Source of the DNA: Desulfatiglandales bacterium
GTDB taxonomy: Bacteria > Desulfobacterota > DSM-4660 > Desulfatiglandales > HGW-15
Assembly (NCBI GenBank): GCA_963667015.2
Contig: CAXXJJ010000004.1
Coordinates: 4,000,001 to 4,064,000 of the forward strand
Direction of reading: 5' to 3'
DNA: 64,000 nucleotides
In this document: positions 42,074-52,313 of the stretch, one piece after another
How positions within the stretch are numbered: position 1 is the stretch's first letter
Layout: every line of letters begins with the position of its first letter
Translations under genes and position numbers: made by a program
The notes under the pieces: model-generated
Seen by the model: only the letters and a program-made list of their open reading frames with translations
What the model was told of the DNA's origin: nothing
Database searches by the model: none

Positions 42074-44290
42074 GTGGCGAAAAAAAGCTATGTTAAAGCA
42101 GATGAAGTCCAGATAGAAGGGAACAAAATCTTCAGCCCTGTTCGTAAAAAGTGGCTTCCATTAACGCCTGAAGAGAAAGTCCGGCAGCAATACCTGACTG
42201 TTCTGATTGATGAATACGGATTTGCTCTTGATCAAATTGATGAAGAGATAAATGTAACCGGCAGAGGTAGCGCCCAGGCTCGGGCTGATTTTATCATATG
42301 GCGAACGGCAAAAGACAAGGTAGATCAGAAAGCTCCTTTCATCATTATTGAATGCAAGTCTGATAATGTAACAATAAAACCTGCTGATTATTCTCAGGGA
42401 GAAAATTATGCCCGCATCGCCGATGCTCCCTTTTTTGTGACACACAATTCCAGAGAAACCAGATTCTGGAGAGTAAAGAAAGATAAAATGCCGGGGTATA
42501 TTGAAGAGATTGAAAATATCCCTCATGCAGATGCATCGGACAAGGAAATCAATGATTTGTTATCCAAACTCCGGGTATTCAAGGAAAAGGAATTCGCCGA
42601 CCTCCTGCATCAATGTCACAATGTTATACGAAACCGTGAGAAAAAAGATCCCGCAGCCGCCTTTGATGAAATTGCCAAAATTCTCTTTGTAAAAGTCTGG
42701 GTAGAACGGGAATTAAGTAAAAAACGCAGACGTAAAAACCTGTTCAGTGTAGAATTTCTTGAGGAACAACTTGGTGATAACCCTCTTGATGTATTGTTTA
42801 CACAGACCAAACAGGCCTATTCCACTGATAATATTTTTGAAAAAGATGAGCATATCAATCTTAAACCCGCGACCGGTACTGAAATCGTTCGCCTACTGGA
42901 AAAATACAACCTGTCTGATACCAGCGAGGATATAAAAGGCGTTGCGTTTGAACGTTTTCTAGGGCGTACTTTCCGTGGTGAAATAGGACAGTTTTTTACT
43001 CCGCGCTCAATTGTAGAATTCATGGTCCATATGGTTAATCCAAAAGAAGGTGAAATCGTATGTGATCCGGCAAGCGGTTCCGGCGGATTTCTCATCCGTG
43101 TCTTTGAAATTGTCCGGGAACAGATTCTTGCCGATGCAGACAGGCAATACAATGAATACAAAAAAGAAATAAATAAAAACAAGACCCTGAGCGAAGTAGA
43201 CAAAGCCGTCAGACTGCGAAAAGAGTACGATAAAATACAGAAGACTATTGATCAACGCAATGAAGGTTCCCGCATGTGGAAGCTATCCAACCGATGCATA
43301 TATGGGACTGATGCAAATGACCGGATGGCTCGAACCAGCAAGATGAATATGATAATGCATGGTGACGGCCATGGCGGTGTGCACCATCACGACGGATTCC
43401 TTAATGTCAATGGCATTTTTGAAGGTAGATTTGACATCATTCTTACAAACCCTCCCTTTGGCGCAAATGTAGAACCAAGCGATAAAATAACAGAAGAGGA
43501 AACACTGGTTACCAAAGAAGCCAAAGAAAGATATGAAAAAGAATATGGCAATCTTTACACAGAGGCACAGGCAAGAGTTAAAGCGGCAATAAATAAACCT
43601 ATAGCTTCTTTATTTGAATTGCCAAAATCAAACAAGTCAAAGATCAAAACTGAGATTCTTTTCATTGAGAGATGCCTTGATCTGCTTAAACCGGGTGGCA
43701 GAATGGGGATAGTTCTTCCTGAAGGAATTTATAATAATCCATCCCTGGCTTATGTCAGGGAATTTACCGAAGACCGTGCCTTTTTAAAAGCAGTGGTTAG
43801 TCTTCCACAGGAGACCTTTATCAGTTCCGGGGCCAGCGTGAAATGCTCTTTGCTCTTCCTGCAAAAATACACAGAAGAAGAAAAACAGGCATTCGATAAC
43901 ATATATTCCCAGACTAAAATGGAAATTTATAAGCGCTATGCGGATGAAATAAAAAAAGAAATTGAGCGATTTGATACAGCCATTGTTATAGCCAAAAACA
44001 ATAAAGATACAGAAGGACGTAAAGCACTGCAAAAAGAGCTCCGGGATTATGTGAACCTCATGGAAGCAAAGAAAGCAGCTGAATCTCGCCAACTACTCAA
44101 GGATAGGTTTGACTACTCAATTTTTATGTATGAAGCGGAAAAAGTTGGTATTACAGCCACAGGTGAAGAAGATTTAAATGAGCTGTATCCTGCCAACAAT
44201 AAACCAAAGGATATCGATAAGACTTGTCTGGAGTGGTATCGGGAATTTCTTGTCGATCCTGAGAGATTTGCTGAAGCAGGAGGGGAATAA
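42074..44290 (+). CDS. Fused restriction endonuclease (HsdR_N-like PD-(D/E)XK) and N6-adenine methyltransferase (type IIB/IIG-like RM subunit)
   Basis: TPEEKVRQ, RADFIIW...IIECK nuclease; GQFFTPR, DPASGSGGF, TNPPF, GIVLPEG MTase motifs. Confidence 0.9.
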   Translation: MAKKSYVKADEVQIEGNKIFSPVRKKWLPLTPEEKVRQQYLTVLIDEYGFALDQIDEEINVTGRGSAQARADFIIWRTAKDKVDQKAPFIIIECKSDNVTIKPADYSQGENYARIADAPFFVTHNSRETRFWRVKKDKMPGYIEEIENIPHADASDKEINDLLSKLRVFKEKEFADLLHQCHNVIRNREKKDPAAAFDEIAKILFVKVWVERELSKKRRRKNLFSVEFLEEQLGDNPLDVLFTQTKQAYSTDNIFEKDEHINLKPATGTEIVRLLEKYNLSDTSEDIKGVAFERFLGRTFRGEIGQFFTPRSIVEFMVHMVNPKEGEIVCDPASGSGGFLIRVFEIVREQILADADRQYNEYKKEINKNKTLSEVDKAVRLRKEYDKIQKTIDQRNEGSRMWKLSNRCIYGTDANDRMARTSKMNMIMHGDGHGGVHHHDGFLNVNGIFEGRFDIILTNPPFGANVEPSDKITEEETLVTKEAKERYEKEYGNLYTEAQARVKAAINKPIASLFELPKSNKSKIKTEILFIERCLDLLKPGGRMGIVLPEGIYNNPSLAYVREFTEDRAFLKAVVSLPQETFISSGASVKCSLLFLQKYTEEEKQAFDNIYSQTKMEIYKRYADEIKKEIERFDTAIVIAKNNKDTEGRKALQKELRDYVNLMEAKKAAESRQLLKDRFDYSIFMYEAEKVGITATGEEDLNELYPANNKPKDIDKTCLEWYREFLVDPERFAEAGGE

Positions 44291-44292
44291 TA

Positions 44293-45624
44293 ATGGTTGA
44301 AGTTTTACAACCTTTTCCTAATGCCTTCGCTGTAAAATTTTCAGTAATTAATAGATGGGACCCTAACAGCTTTCATAATATTAAGTGGCATTGGCCCACT
44401 TCAGTGATGGCCCCCATCAGTTCTATACTGTCATATAGGAAGGAGAAAGTAGATCGCGGCAATAATGGATTTTCAGATTTGATGCCAGTGACCATTCACT
44501 TCGATGGCTCGATAGAGCCACGCAAAGTGAATGAAAGCAAAGAATATACAATGGATCTTTTCTGGGCTAGGCCAGGTGATATCGTTGTCTCTAAAATTGA
44601 CCTTAAAAATGGTGCGGTAGCAATTATTCCAGATAATTGGAAAAACGTCGTTGTAACAAATCATTTCGCAGTTTATAAGCCTAATCTTGACCGGATTAAT
44701 CCAAAATATTTTCATTTATTGATACAGGCTAAATTCTTTAAAAATCACCTATGGAGAAATAAAGTAGGTGCTGAAGGAAGAAAAGAGGTAAAACTCGATT
44801 TTTTTGAGTCATTAGAAATCCCTATTCCAAATTTATCAATTCAAAATAAAATTATTTCATATTGGGACAATGTTCAAGAAGATACTACAACCACAACATT
44901 TGCTAAAATAAATCTTGTTAAAAAACTCAGTGAATTCATGAGCAGCCAGACCTATAAATATAAATTTTTACGTAATTCCAAACTTTTTAGTGCTAATTTT
45001 TCTCAGGCCCAACAATGGGATGTTAAAGCTGGTCGAGCAGCGGTTTTCAAAGAGGCAAATCCTAATTTTATTCGGCTGGGGGATTACACTGAAGAGTGCT
45101 CAGATATGGTTAAACCATGGTTATTTCCTGATAAAACATGGCCTATTTATGGAGTTAACAATAAGGATGGAGTGTTTCTTAGTACGAAACAGGAAGCAAA
45201 ATACTTCAATGCTGCCTATAAGAAGATTAAAAAAGATTGGTTCTTTCACAATCCAACAAGGGCCAATGTCGGTTCATTAGGTATAGTACCTGACGTGCCA
45301 GAGGATGCTATTACAAGTCCGGAGTATCAGGTATGGAAGTTAACAGGAGGTTTTGCACCTGAATTCATGGATCTCCTATTACAGACGGAATACTTCCTGA
45401 CACTAGTAAGCTTTAATCGAGTCGGAGGAGTTAAACAACGAATGTATTACGCTAATCTTGCAGAGATACGATTACCCATGATTGCCCAGGATGTTCAAGA
45501 AAAGTTTTTAATTCAAAAAGCAGAAATCGAACAGAAATTATCCACACTAAAAGAGAATCTTGTAGAATGCAAAAAACATGTTGAAAAACTAATCCTCGGA
45601 ACTATATCAGTGGAGGAACTCTGA
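44293..45624 (+). CDS. Restriction-modification specificity (HsdS-like) subunit
   Basis: Two TRD-like halves each ending in conserved LEIPIP...Q / IRLPM...Q segments and helical spacers; 2 bp after the RM gene. Confidence 0.85.
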   Translation: MVEVLQPFPNAFAVKFSVINRWDPNSFHNIKWHWPTSVMAPISSILSYRKEKVDRGNNGFSDLMPVTIHFDGSIEPRKVNESKEYTMDLFWARPGDIVVSKIDLKNGAVAIIPDNWKNVVVTNHFAVYKPNLDRINPKYFHLLIQAKFFKNHLWRNKVGAEGRKEVKLDFFESLEIPIPNLSIQNKIISYWDNVQEDTTTTTFAKINLVKKLSEFMSSQTYKYKFLRNSKLFSANFSQAQQWDVKAGRAAVFKEANPNFIRLGDYTEECSDMVKPWLFPDKTWPIYGVNNKDGVFLSTKQEAKYFNAAYKKIKKDWFFHNPTRANVGSLGIVPDVPEDAITSPEYQVWKLTGGFAPEFMDLLLQTEYFLTLVSFNRVGGVKQRMYYANLAEIRLPMIAQDVQEKFLIQKAEIEQKLSTLKENLVECKKHVEKLILGTISVEEL

Positions 45625-45625
45625 T

Positions 45626-47242
45626 ATGTCACGCGGGCGTCAATATATCCAAATTGAAGGGTACTTTGCAGAAAGCGTTTTAGGCATTTTTCGCATTATT
45701 CGGGGATTTGCCGATCTTCGAGATCTTGCCGAAATATCAGTTCCCTATAAAATGACCGATCATGAAACCCAATCCAGTCGTGTTACCGGTCATCAACGAG
45801 AGTTCAATGAAAAGCATGCGCAGGATATTAAAAAATACCTTGAACAAAGTGATAATCGTTTTCTTCCGGAGGTTGTCCTGTCGGTTCGTACCACAGTAAA
45901 TCTGGTGACCGCCCAGGGGACTATTCATCCTGATCATCTTGGATTTGGCGAAGTGGTTTTTGGTGTAGTAGATGATAATAGCACGCCGATTGTCATCAAG
46001 CGCAAATACGGTAGTAAAACCACCCGGATGCAAACTATTCGGATTCTCCGACAGAATCTGGAGCAGATAAAGACTAATAAACTCATTCGCCGTATTGATG
46101 GCAATCACCGCCTGGCACTGGCCGAAAATCTTGCTGAAGATCCCAACGTACCCTCCAAATTTTTAGCGCCTTTCTGTATTGTATTGCTTGGGTCAGTTGA
46201 TAACGACGCAGATGATTATGCGGAGTCCCTAATTTTCCATACTATCAATAATACAGCGTTACCATTGGAATCGGAACATGGCCTTCGGCTTCTATTGGGC
46301 CAGAATTCTGATTATGATATGACACCTGACAATGAATTCAGATACAGCCCTGAGCTCTATCTTACTCGTCTCCTTTCAGAAAAATTAAAGGGATTGCCTC
46401 AACCCGCCCGTGAAAGGTTTGGTATTCGACCTTTAACCTCATTATGGGAAGCAGCACGTAATCTGATTATGATGGATGCTAATATTGCCAAATCTAAAAT
46501 TTCACTTGATCAGTTTGCCAATGATCTGTTCGCGGGTTTATCAGATATCATGGTGCGTTTGACAGTAAACCATCCGTCTCTATGCAAAACCTACTCTTTC
46601 CTTGAACTGGCCTCTCGAATCTGGAATGAGACAGCTGGCAATCATGAAAACCGTGTCAATTCTTCTGTACAATTGCTTGATCGTATAGGTAAATGGCTTG
46701 GGAATGAAGGAATTACCGGACTCTTAAATCCATCTTCTCCTGCCGAACAATTGTTAACTACTTTTAAAGCAGCACAAAACAGAATACCCCGAAAAGTATT
46801 CCTAGCCCGATGGTATCCAATAGCTGACGCACCAAATGACGCCCATAATAAAGCCAAACTAAGGTTAGAACAATTACAACAGGCTATCAAATCAATAAAA
46901 AATGAACATGGTATCTCACTTGAATTAATCGATATGGGAACTCAAGAAGGCGGTACTTTCCCTATCCATCATAGAATGTATGAAGCAATAGCAGGCGCTG
47001 AAATTATTATTTGTGACTTAACAGGGCAACGCGCCAATGTTTTTGTCGAGGCAGGTTTTGCGCTCAAGCATCATGAAAAGAACCGCCTCATTTTCCTTTT
47101 CGAACCACGGAACAGAAATGATAAAGTCCCCTTTGACCTTTCAACCTTTAAATATGTACAAATATCGCAGGCTGCAGAAATACCAAATAAAGTAAAATCA
47201 GAAATTATTGCTATTTTAAGTGATTCAGGCGCTCCGCTTTAA
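45626..47242 (+). CDS. DGQHR (DndB/ParB-like) domain fused to nucleoside-2-deoxyribosyltransferase/TIR-like domain
   Basis: GHQR...H...I..Y, FLPEVVL, IDGNHRL, IF..IN....PL in the N-half; KVFLA, IICDLTGQRANVFVEAGFA, VPFDL in the C-terminus. Confidence 0.75.
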   Translation: MSRGRQYIQIEGYFAESVLGIFRIIRGFADLRDLAEISVPYKMTDHETQSSRVTGHQREFNEKHAQDIKKYLEQSDNRFLPEVVLSVRTTVNLVTAQGTIHPDHLGFGEVVFGVVDDNSTPIVIKRKYGSKTTRMQTIRILRQNLEQIKTNKLIRRIDGNHRLALAENLAEDPNVPSKFLAPFCIVLLGSVDNDADDYAESLIFHTINNTALPLESEHGLRLLLGQNSDYDMTPDNEFRYSPELYLTRLLSEKLKGLPQPARERFGIRPLTSLWEAARNLIMMDANIAKSKISLDQFANDLFAGLSDIMVRLTVNHPSLCKTYSFLELASRIWNETAGNHENRVNSSVQLLDRIGKWLGNEGITGLLNPSSPAEQLLTTFKAAQNRIPRKVFLARWYPIADAPNDAHNKAKLRLEQLQQAIKSIKNEHGISLELIDMGTQEGGTFPIHHRMYEAIAGAEIIICDLTGQRANVFVEAGFALKHHEKNRLIFLFEPRNRNDKVPFDLSTFKYVQISQAAEIPNKVKSEIIAILSDSGAPL

Positions 47243-47313
47243 TAAGATCAAGATTTAACAGTAGTAATTGTAATGCACTCTTGATACTTTACTTACTATA
47301 TAATGAGGTTGCC

Positions 47314-48003
47314 ATGGCAAAACAGAAAAAGCTTGTCCTCCAGCATCTTGAGAAGATTTCCTGGCGTGTTCTTGAAGACTACCCCAAAATAATAAAAGAA
47401 ATGATTCATGGCAAATCCGGTGTCTATGCTCTGTATCGTAAAGACAAACTATATTATGTTGGTCTTGCAACCAATCTTATGGGACGTTTAAAAACTCATC
47501 TAAAAGATCGACACCACGGGGCTTGGGATAGGTTTAGTGTTTACTTGACTGTTCATGATGAACATATAAAAGAACTTGAATCTCTTATCTTAAGAATCTC
47601 AAATCCAACTGGGAACAAAACAGGAGGTAAATTTTCAGAGTCTAATAACCTTCGTTCGACCTTGAACCAGGAAATCAAAGGTTTTGATGCTGACAAAAGG
47701 GCGGCTCTTATTTGTGGAAAGATTGAAATACAAAGACGCAAATCAAAGATGCATAAAAGTAAAGGCACAAAAATTCTTGTTGGCATAGCAAACAAAAGAA
47801 TACCCCTAAGAGCTAAATATAAAGGTGAAGAATACAGAGCCACGTTACGAATAGACGGAATGATTGGATACAATGGTGAAAAATATCCGTCCCCAAGTGC
47901 TGCAGGAAGAGCCATTATAAAAAGAGCATGTAATGGTTGGTGGTTTTGGCATTATAAAAATGAGAAAGGTGAATGGGTGAGGTTAGATGAGATAAGAAAA
48001 TGA
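47314..48003 (+). CDS. GIY-YIG nuclease fused to RAMA domain
   Basis: SGVYALY...YYVG.A.NL..RL..H...E; C-terminal YKG..YRA.L..DG.I.YNG..Y.SPSAAG...NGW.FW. GAGG RBS before ATG 47314. Confidence 0.8.
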   Translation: MAKQKKLVLQHLEKISWRVLEDYPKIIKEMIHGKSGVYALYRKDKLYYVGLATNLMGRLKTHLKDRHHGAWDRFSVYLTVHDEHIKELESLILRISNPTGNKTGGKFSESNNLRSTLNQEIKGFDADKRAALICGKIEIQRRKSKMHKSKGTKILVGIANKRIPLRAKYKGEEYRATLRIDGMIGYNGEKYPSPSAAGRAIIKRACNGWWFWHYKNEKGEWVRLDEIRK

Positions 48004-48238
48004 AGCATTGCCTTTTTATAGTTTTAAAATTACGCTCAACAATAATTTTTCTCCCACATCATTAGTATCATATTAAATAAAAATATTTATTCCAGTTATT
48101 ATATTATGAGCCAGAGGTAGATAGAAAACTGATTCAATTCATCGAAATGTAGAATAGCATTATTAACTATATTTAAAGAATCATATACTGGATTTAATTC
48201 TCCATATAATATTGTCAACCCAAAATTAGGAGAGGAAT

Positions 48239-50449
48239 ATGTGTCTATATAGTGATTTTTGGAAAGAGTGGGATAAATATAATTTAGCGCCTTATGCGGT
48301 TAAAAGTAATGATGCTTGGTATAATTATCGTGAATTCACAAATCCTGAATCTAATAATAAAAACAATATTTTTTTTGATCAAACTGGAAGTGAAAGCCGT
48401 TATAAAACAAATTTTGGCATGGATATAGAGAGGATACTGGATTCTCAAGCTTTTAGAAGGCTTGAATATAAAACACAGATGTTTGTAAACCATGAAGGTG
48501 ATAATTATAGGACTAGGTTAACACATACTCTTGAAGTGGTTATGATAGCAAAATATCTCGCAAAAGCACTTAGGCTTAACTCTGATTTGGTGGAGGCCAT
48601 TGGACTCGGCCATGATCTAGGTCACGCACCTTTTGGGCATGCTGGTGAAGAAGCTATTAATGAAATGATAAAAACAACTGAGGGGGATCTGAAGCAAATA
48701 AAAAAAGATTTAGAATCCAATTATTATTTTTGTCATAACAGGCAATCTCTTGAAGTAGTTGAACAACTAGAAAAAGGATATGAGTGGGATAGGCGTGAAG
48801 GTGATTCATATAAAAGAGGACTTAACCTAACGCTAGCTACAAGAGAAGGAATTGTAACACATACAAATCGCGGCCTTGAAAAACATAAACTTCGAGTTAA
48901 TTACCAAAAGAAAAAAATATGTTATCCAGGCAGTCTTGAGGCACAAATTGTCCGACTTGCTGATGAAATAGCTCAAAGAACACATGATTTAGAAGATGGT
49001 TTAAGATCAGGCCTTTTAACAACAAAAGATATCGTTAAGCCTATAATCATGATTATTGATGAAATGATATGGAATATAGGGAAAAATGATTCTGGATATT
49101 TTTTTAAAAATCAAAAGAAAGAAATATTTCCAATTCATTTATTCAAAGAGAATCTCTCTGGCTTTATAGAGATAATCTCTGAAGAATTAAAAAAAGTGAA
49201 TAAAAAAGTGACCAATGAACAGTATGATAATGTTTTACAAAAAGAGTACATTGAACGGTTATTTGTGGTTATATCTAGATTACTTTTCATATGGAGATCA
49301 GAAGAATATTTTAACAGTGAACACTTCTCCTCTGACGATAAAAATAACTATGTGAATAGAATTTTAAAATATATGTATATTTATCTTCAAATGCGGCTTG
49401 AAAGAGCTTCAGCCGCAAATATAAGCGGATTTCTCAGAGGCCTTTTCATTTCAAATACAATTGAGAATTCATTCTCAAATATTAAATCTGTTTTACGAAT
49501 GGATAAATCAGTAGAAAATGGGATTACAATACCGAGTAAAATAGAAAAAAAGAGTCCTTTTTACTTAGTATTTATTAATCCAGATAAGACATCTTTAAAA
49601 GCGTGTGTCGTAAAAATTGAATACTCAAGAAAAAAGCCTCCAATAAAAGGCTTATGGTTTGGAAGTGACGGAAGTAATTCAGCTAGTGTCGATAATCTAT
49701 TAGACAAAGAACAAATATCCCCAATAATAAAAAGATGGTTAAAAATAACTGCATTAGAAAATAAGCGGACAGTATATGCAAATATCCTTACAGATGGTTG
49801 GTCGAGTACTTACAGGGTAAATTGGTTAAATAAACATAAAGATATTCAGAAATGCGGTGGAATCAAAATTATTTTAGATAAAAACAAACCAAATCCCATT
49901 AAGGTTGGAATTAATCAGGTTCAAATTTATTTCACACAAATCGATTATTCCGAATTAGATGGCGCTTCAGAAGAAATAATTAAAGAAAGGATAAATGATA
50001 AATTAGTAATTAAGTTCAGTAATGAGATGATGGCGGTTGATAAAATTATGGAAGAAATGATTAAAAATAGAGTGCACCATCATTCAAAAGTCGAAAGGAT
50101 GAATGTAAAAGGTGTAATGATCATTAAAAGGCTGTTTAAAGAATATTGGAAACATCCAAGAATTATGAATACTAGGGTATGGAAAAATTTAACTAAATAT
50201 AATCGATATAATAATTTAATTAGAAATAATAAAAAACTATTTCAAGAATATAAAGGTGATGTCCCCAATAATGAACAATTGGAATTTTTTCATAATAGAA
50301 ATCAAAATATTGCTCAGTTATTATTGTGTCGTCGCATTATTGATTACATATCGGGGATGACAGATCGTTTTATTTATGAAGAATATGCGAGACTATTTTC
50401 TCCTCAAAAAGAAATTGAAAGTGTTAATGAAGTTATACAATTTGATTAA
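48239..50449 (+). CDS. dgt: dGTPase-family HD phosphohydrolase with a large insertion
   Basis: AFRRLEYKTQ, RTRLTHTLEV, GHDLGHAPFGHAGE, SLEAQIV.LADEIA...HDLEDG, DYISGMTDRF. Confidence 0.85.
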   Translation: MCLYSDFWKEWDKYNLAPYAVKSNDAWYNYREFTNPESNNKNNIFFDQTGSESRYKTNFGMDIERILDSQAFRRLEYKTQMFVNHEGDNYRTRLTHTLEVVMIAKYLAKALRLNSDLVEAIGLGHDLGHAPFGHAGEEAINEMIKTTEGDLKQIKKDLESNYYFCHNRQSLEVVEQLEKGYEWDRREGDSYKRGLNLTLATREGIVTHTNRGLEKHKLRVNYQKKKICYPGSLEAQIVRLADEIAQRTHDLEDGLRSGLLTTKDIVKPIIMIIDEMIWNIGKNDSGYFFKNQKKEIFPIHLFKENLSGFIEIISEELKKVNKKVTNEQYDNVLQKEYIERLFVVISRLLFIWRSEEYFNSEHFSSDDKNNYVNRILKYMYIYLQMRLERASAANISGFLRGLFISNTIENSFSNIKSVLRMDKSVENGITIPSKIEKKSPFYLVFINPDKTSLKACVVKIEYSRKKPPIKGLWFGSDGSNSASVDNLLDKEQISPIIKRWLKITALENKRTVYANILTDGWSSTYRVNWLNKHKDIQKCGGIKIILDKNKPNPIKVGINQVQIYFTQIDYSELDGASEEIIKERINDKLVIKFSNEMMAVDKIMEEMIKNRVHHHSKVERMNVKGVMIIKRLFKEYWKHPRIMNTRVWKNLTKYNRYNNLIRNNKKLFQEYKGDVPNNEQLEFFHNRNQNIAQLLLCRRIIDYISGMTDRFIYEEYARLFSPQKEIESVNEVIQFD

Positions 50450-50506
50450 GCGAGGGTAACAGTTTAGTCCCCATGGATACTGGAAGACAGCAGAAATTAT
50501 GTTAAG

Positions 50507-50610
50507 GGGGATTCCCATAAGTTCATAAGTTTACATTGCTTAATGGACAGAGGAGGACGTTAGTGCAGAACGTGAAATAAAATAAAAATGCACGCTCTGC
50601 ACAAACGTTA
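50507..50610. repeat. 104-bp repeat, copy 1 (25-bp core plus long hairpin)
   Basis: Ungapped similarity to 55316-55419. Internal stem ACGTTAGTGCAGAACGTG / CACGCTCTGCACAAACGT. Confidence 0.88.
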
Positions 50611-50656
50611 AGGGATAAGAGGGAAAACAGGCTGAAGTATTTTAAACTGCCTTTAG

Positions 50657-50923
50657 CTACCCCCCTAATATCTGAATCCGTATTTTCCCCGAATCCTTCA
50701 GCATCTGCTGGATCTCAACAGGAACATAAATCTGATTATTACCTGTTATTGCAGCTCTTCCGGTATACATCTCTCCGGTATTAAGGTTTGTGATCTGGGC
50801 TGTTACCTTTTCTTTATTCCCGGTTCCAATCCCCTCTTCCTCTGCAAGTTTTCTCTGCTCACTCGGAATAATAATCAGCTCTTGATAATCATCTTCATTT
50901 ACTTCCCATTCAATTAATCTCAT
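50657..50923 (-). CDS. Hypothetical protein (88 aa)
   Basis: AAGGAG RBS, globular composition, co-oriented with the upstream MTase remnant. Confidence 0.7.
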   Translation of the reverse strand: MRLIEWEVNEDDYQELIIIPSEQRKLAEEEGIGTGNKEKVTAQITNLNTGEMYTGRAAITGNNQIYVPVEIQQMLKDSGKIRIQILGG

Positions 50924-51028
50924 TTTCTTTTCTCCTTTGATTTTAGTCTATTTGTCTGAAGGCTGAAGGCTATTAGTTTTATTTTGATTTTCCTAACAGT
51001 CCTCAGTCTAAAACCCTTTAGCCATTTT

Positions 51029-52050
51029 TCATTTCTTCCGTCCTACAATGACATTCCTGCACGTAACACCCAGTATCCTTTTCTTTTGCATAGCAGAAAC
51101 TGTCCCGCCCTGAAATCTCTCGGATGACATTGGCGCCTGCATTACATGTGAAACAGCCCACCCCGCTTTTCTCATTAAAATACCGTAATCAATTATCAGG
51201 ATGGCAGCTTCTTCATCCTCCTCAAGAGCCGGGGTGCCCTGGAAATTCCTCCAATCAGCATTTATCATCACAAGCCTGGTGCCTTTTTTACTGTTCTCAA
51301 ACGCCAGCCTGAAAAACCTCTTCAAAAAATCCAGATAAACTTCTTTTGAGAGATTCGATATACTCTCTTCTTCATACTCCTTCGCCATTTTACTGAAATA
51401 TGGAGGGTCAAAGATTATAAGGTCAGGTTTAGTCTTACCGTTTACTGGCCATTTGAGATTATCTTTATCCCAGAACCAGGGCTCTATCTCCGGTCTTTCA
51501 TCTGGTCTGTCTGACATATCAAAGCTCCAGCATTTCCGGTTGAATGCCAGGCACGTATCGGCTGTAACACCACCTCCCGCCATGGGATCAACAACCAGGT
51601 CCCCCGGTTTGGAGAAGTAATATAATATATGTGCCACGAGCTGAGCGGGGATTCTACCGGGCCAGTCATCTCCGAAGCGTTTGCCGCAGTCGGTCCAGTA
51701 CCAGTTATCCCAGGTCCTGAGGCCCCATTGTAATTCACGAAATCGGAAAGGATCATTTTTACCATCCAGAGCAACAGACCAAACCAGAGACTCAGGCCAG
51801 TCATGCTTTTCAGCTACCTGAGAGATTGTGAACCCCTTTTTTAAATCGGAAATCGGCAATTTTGCTATCGTTGATGATCTCGCAAAAAGTCAGCGTCAGC
51901 AAAAAGAATACTATTTTGATGGCCTTTAACCCATGTCTAATCATGTAATCGTCGATTCTGAGGCAAATAGGAGACTCGATTTTTTGGGTTATAACGATTA
52001 TTCGACTTTTTGCGAGTCCATCATCGTTGGCATTTTTGCCGATATATGTC
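51029..52050 (-). pseudogene. ParB-methyltransferase paralogue: MTase half only, interrupted by a MITE and 5'-truncated
   Basis: PGRIPAQL, DPMAGGG, DLIIFDPPY. Removing the MITE restores HISAKMPTIAKLPISDLKKGF, homologous to YLAKMPELAFLLNSDLKKGF of the second copy. Confidence 0.85.
51873..52022. mobile_element. 150-bp MITE related to the IS at 56391-58293
   Basis: TIRs GATGATCTCGCAAAAAGTC / GACTTTTTGCGAGTCCATC; 6-bp TSD ATCGTT at 51867-51872 and 52023-52028. Confidence 0.9.
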
Positions 52051-52057
52051 AAAAAAG

Positions 52058-52082
52058 GGGGATGCCCATAAGTTTATAAGTT
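52058..52082 (+). repeat. 25-bp core repeat GGGGATGCCCATAAGTTTATAAGTT
   Basis: Also at 50507-50531 and 55316-55340 with 1-2 mismatches. Confidence 0.85.
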
Positions 52083-52313
52083 CCTTTTAGCAGATAGAAG
52101 AGGCTGTTGGCTGTCGTGAATTATTTTTTACTTTTTAAATACCCTGCTGGAAGTTGATGACGAGTCTATCCAATTAATATCGAATAAAATAATAATTAAA
52201 TAAATTCCATTACCTGCCGATATATTAAGAATGCCGGATATATCCGGTTGCTTTACAGGCATTTTCTTTTTTTAAAAATTCAAAATTTTAATAATATAAA
52301 AGCAGGTTGATAA

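Noticed and set aside
42074..45624. Classical type I RM system
   Set aside because: No HsdR helicase/motor gene in the window; the nuclease is fused to the MTase.
45626..47242. Part of a Dnd phosphorothioation or Dpd system
   Set aside because: No dndACDE or dpdA/C genes are visible in the window.
51810..52052. 80-aa ORF
   Set aside because: Chance read-through across the MITE, not a gene.
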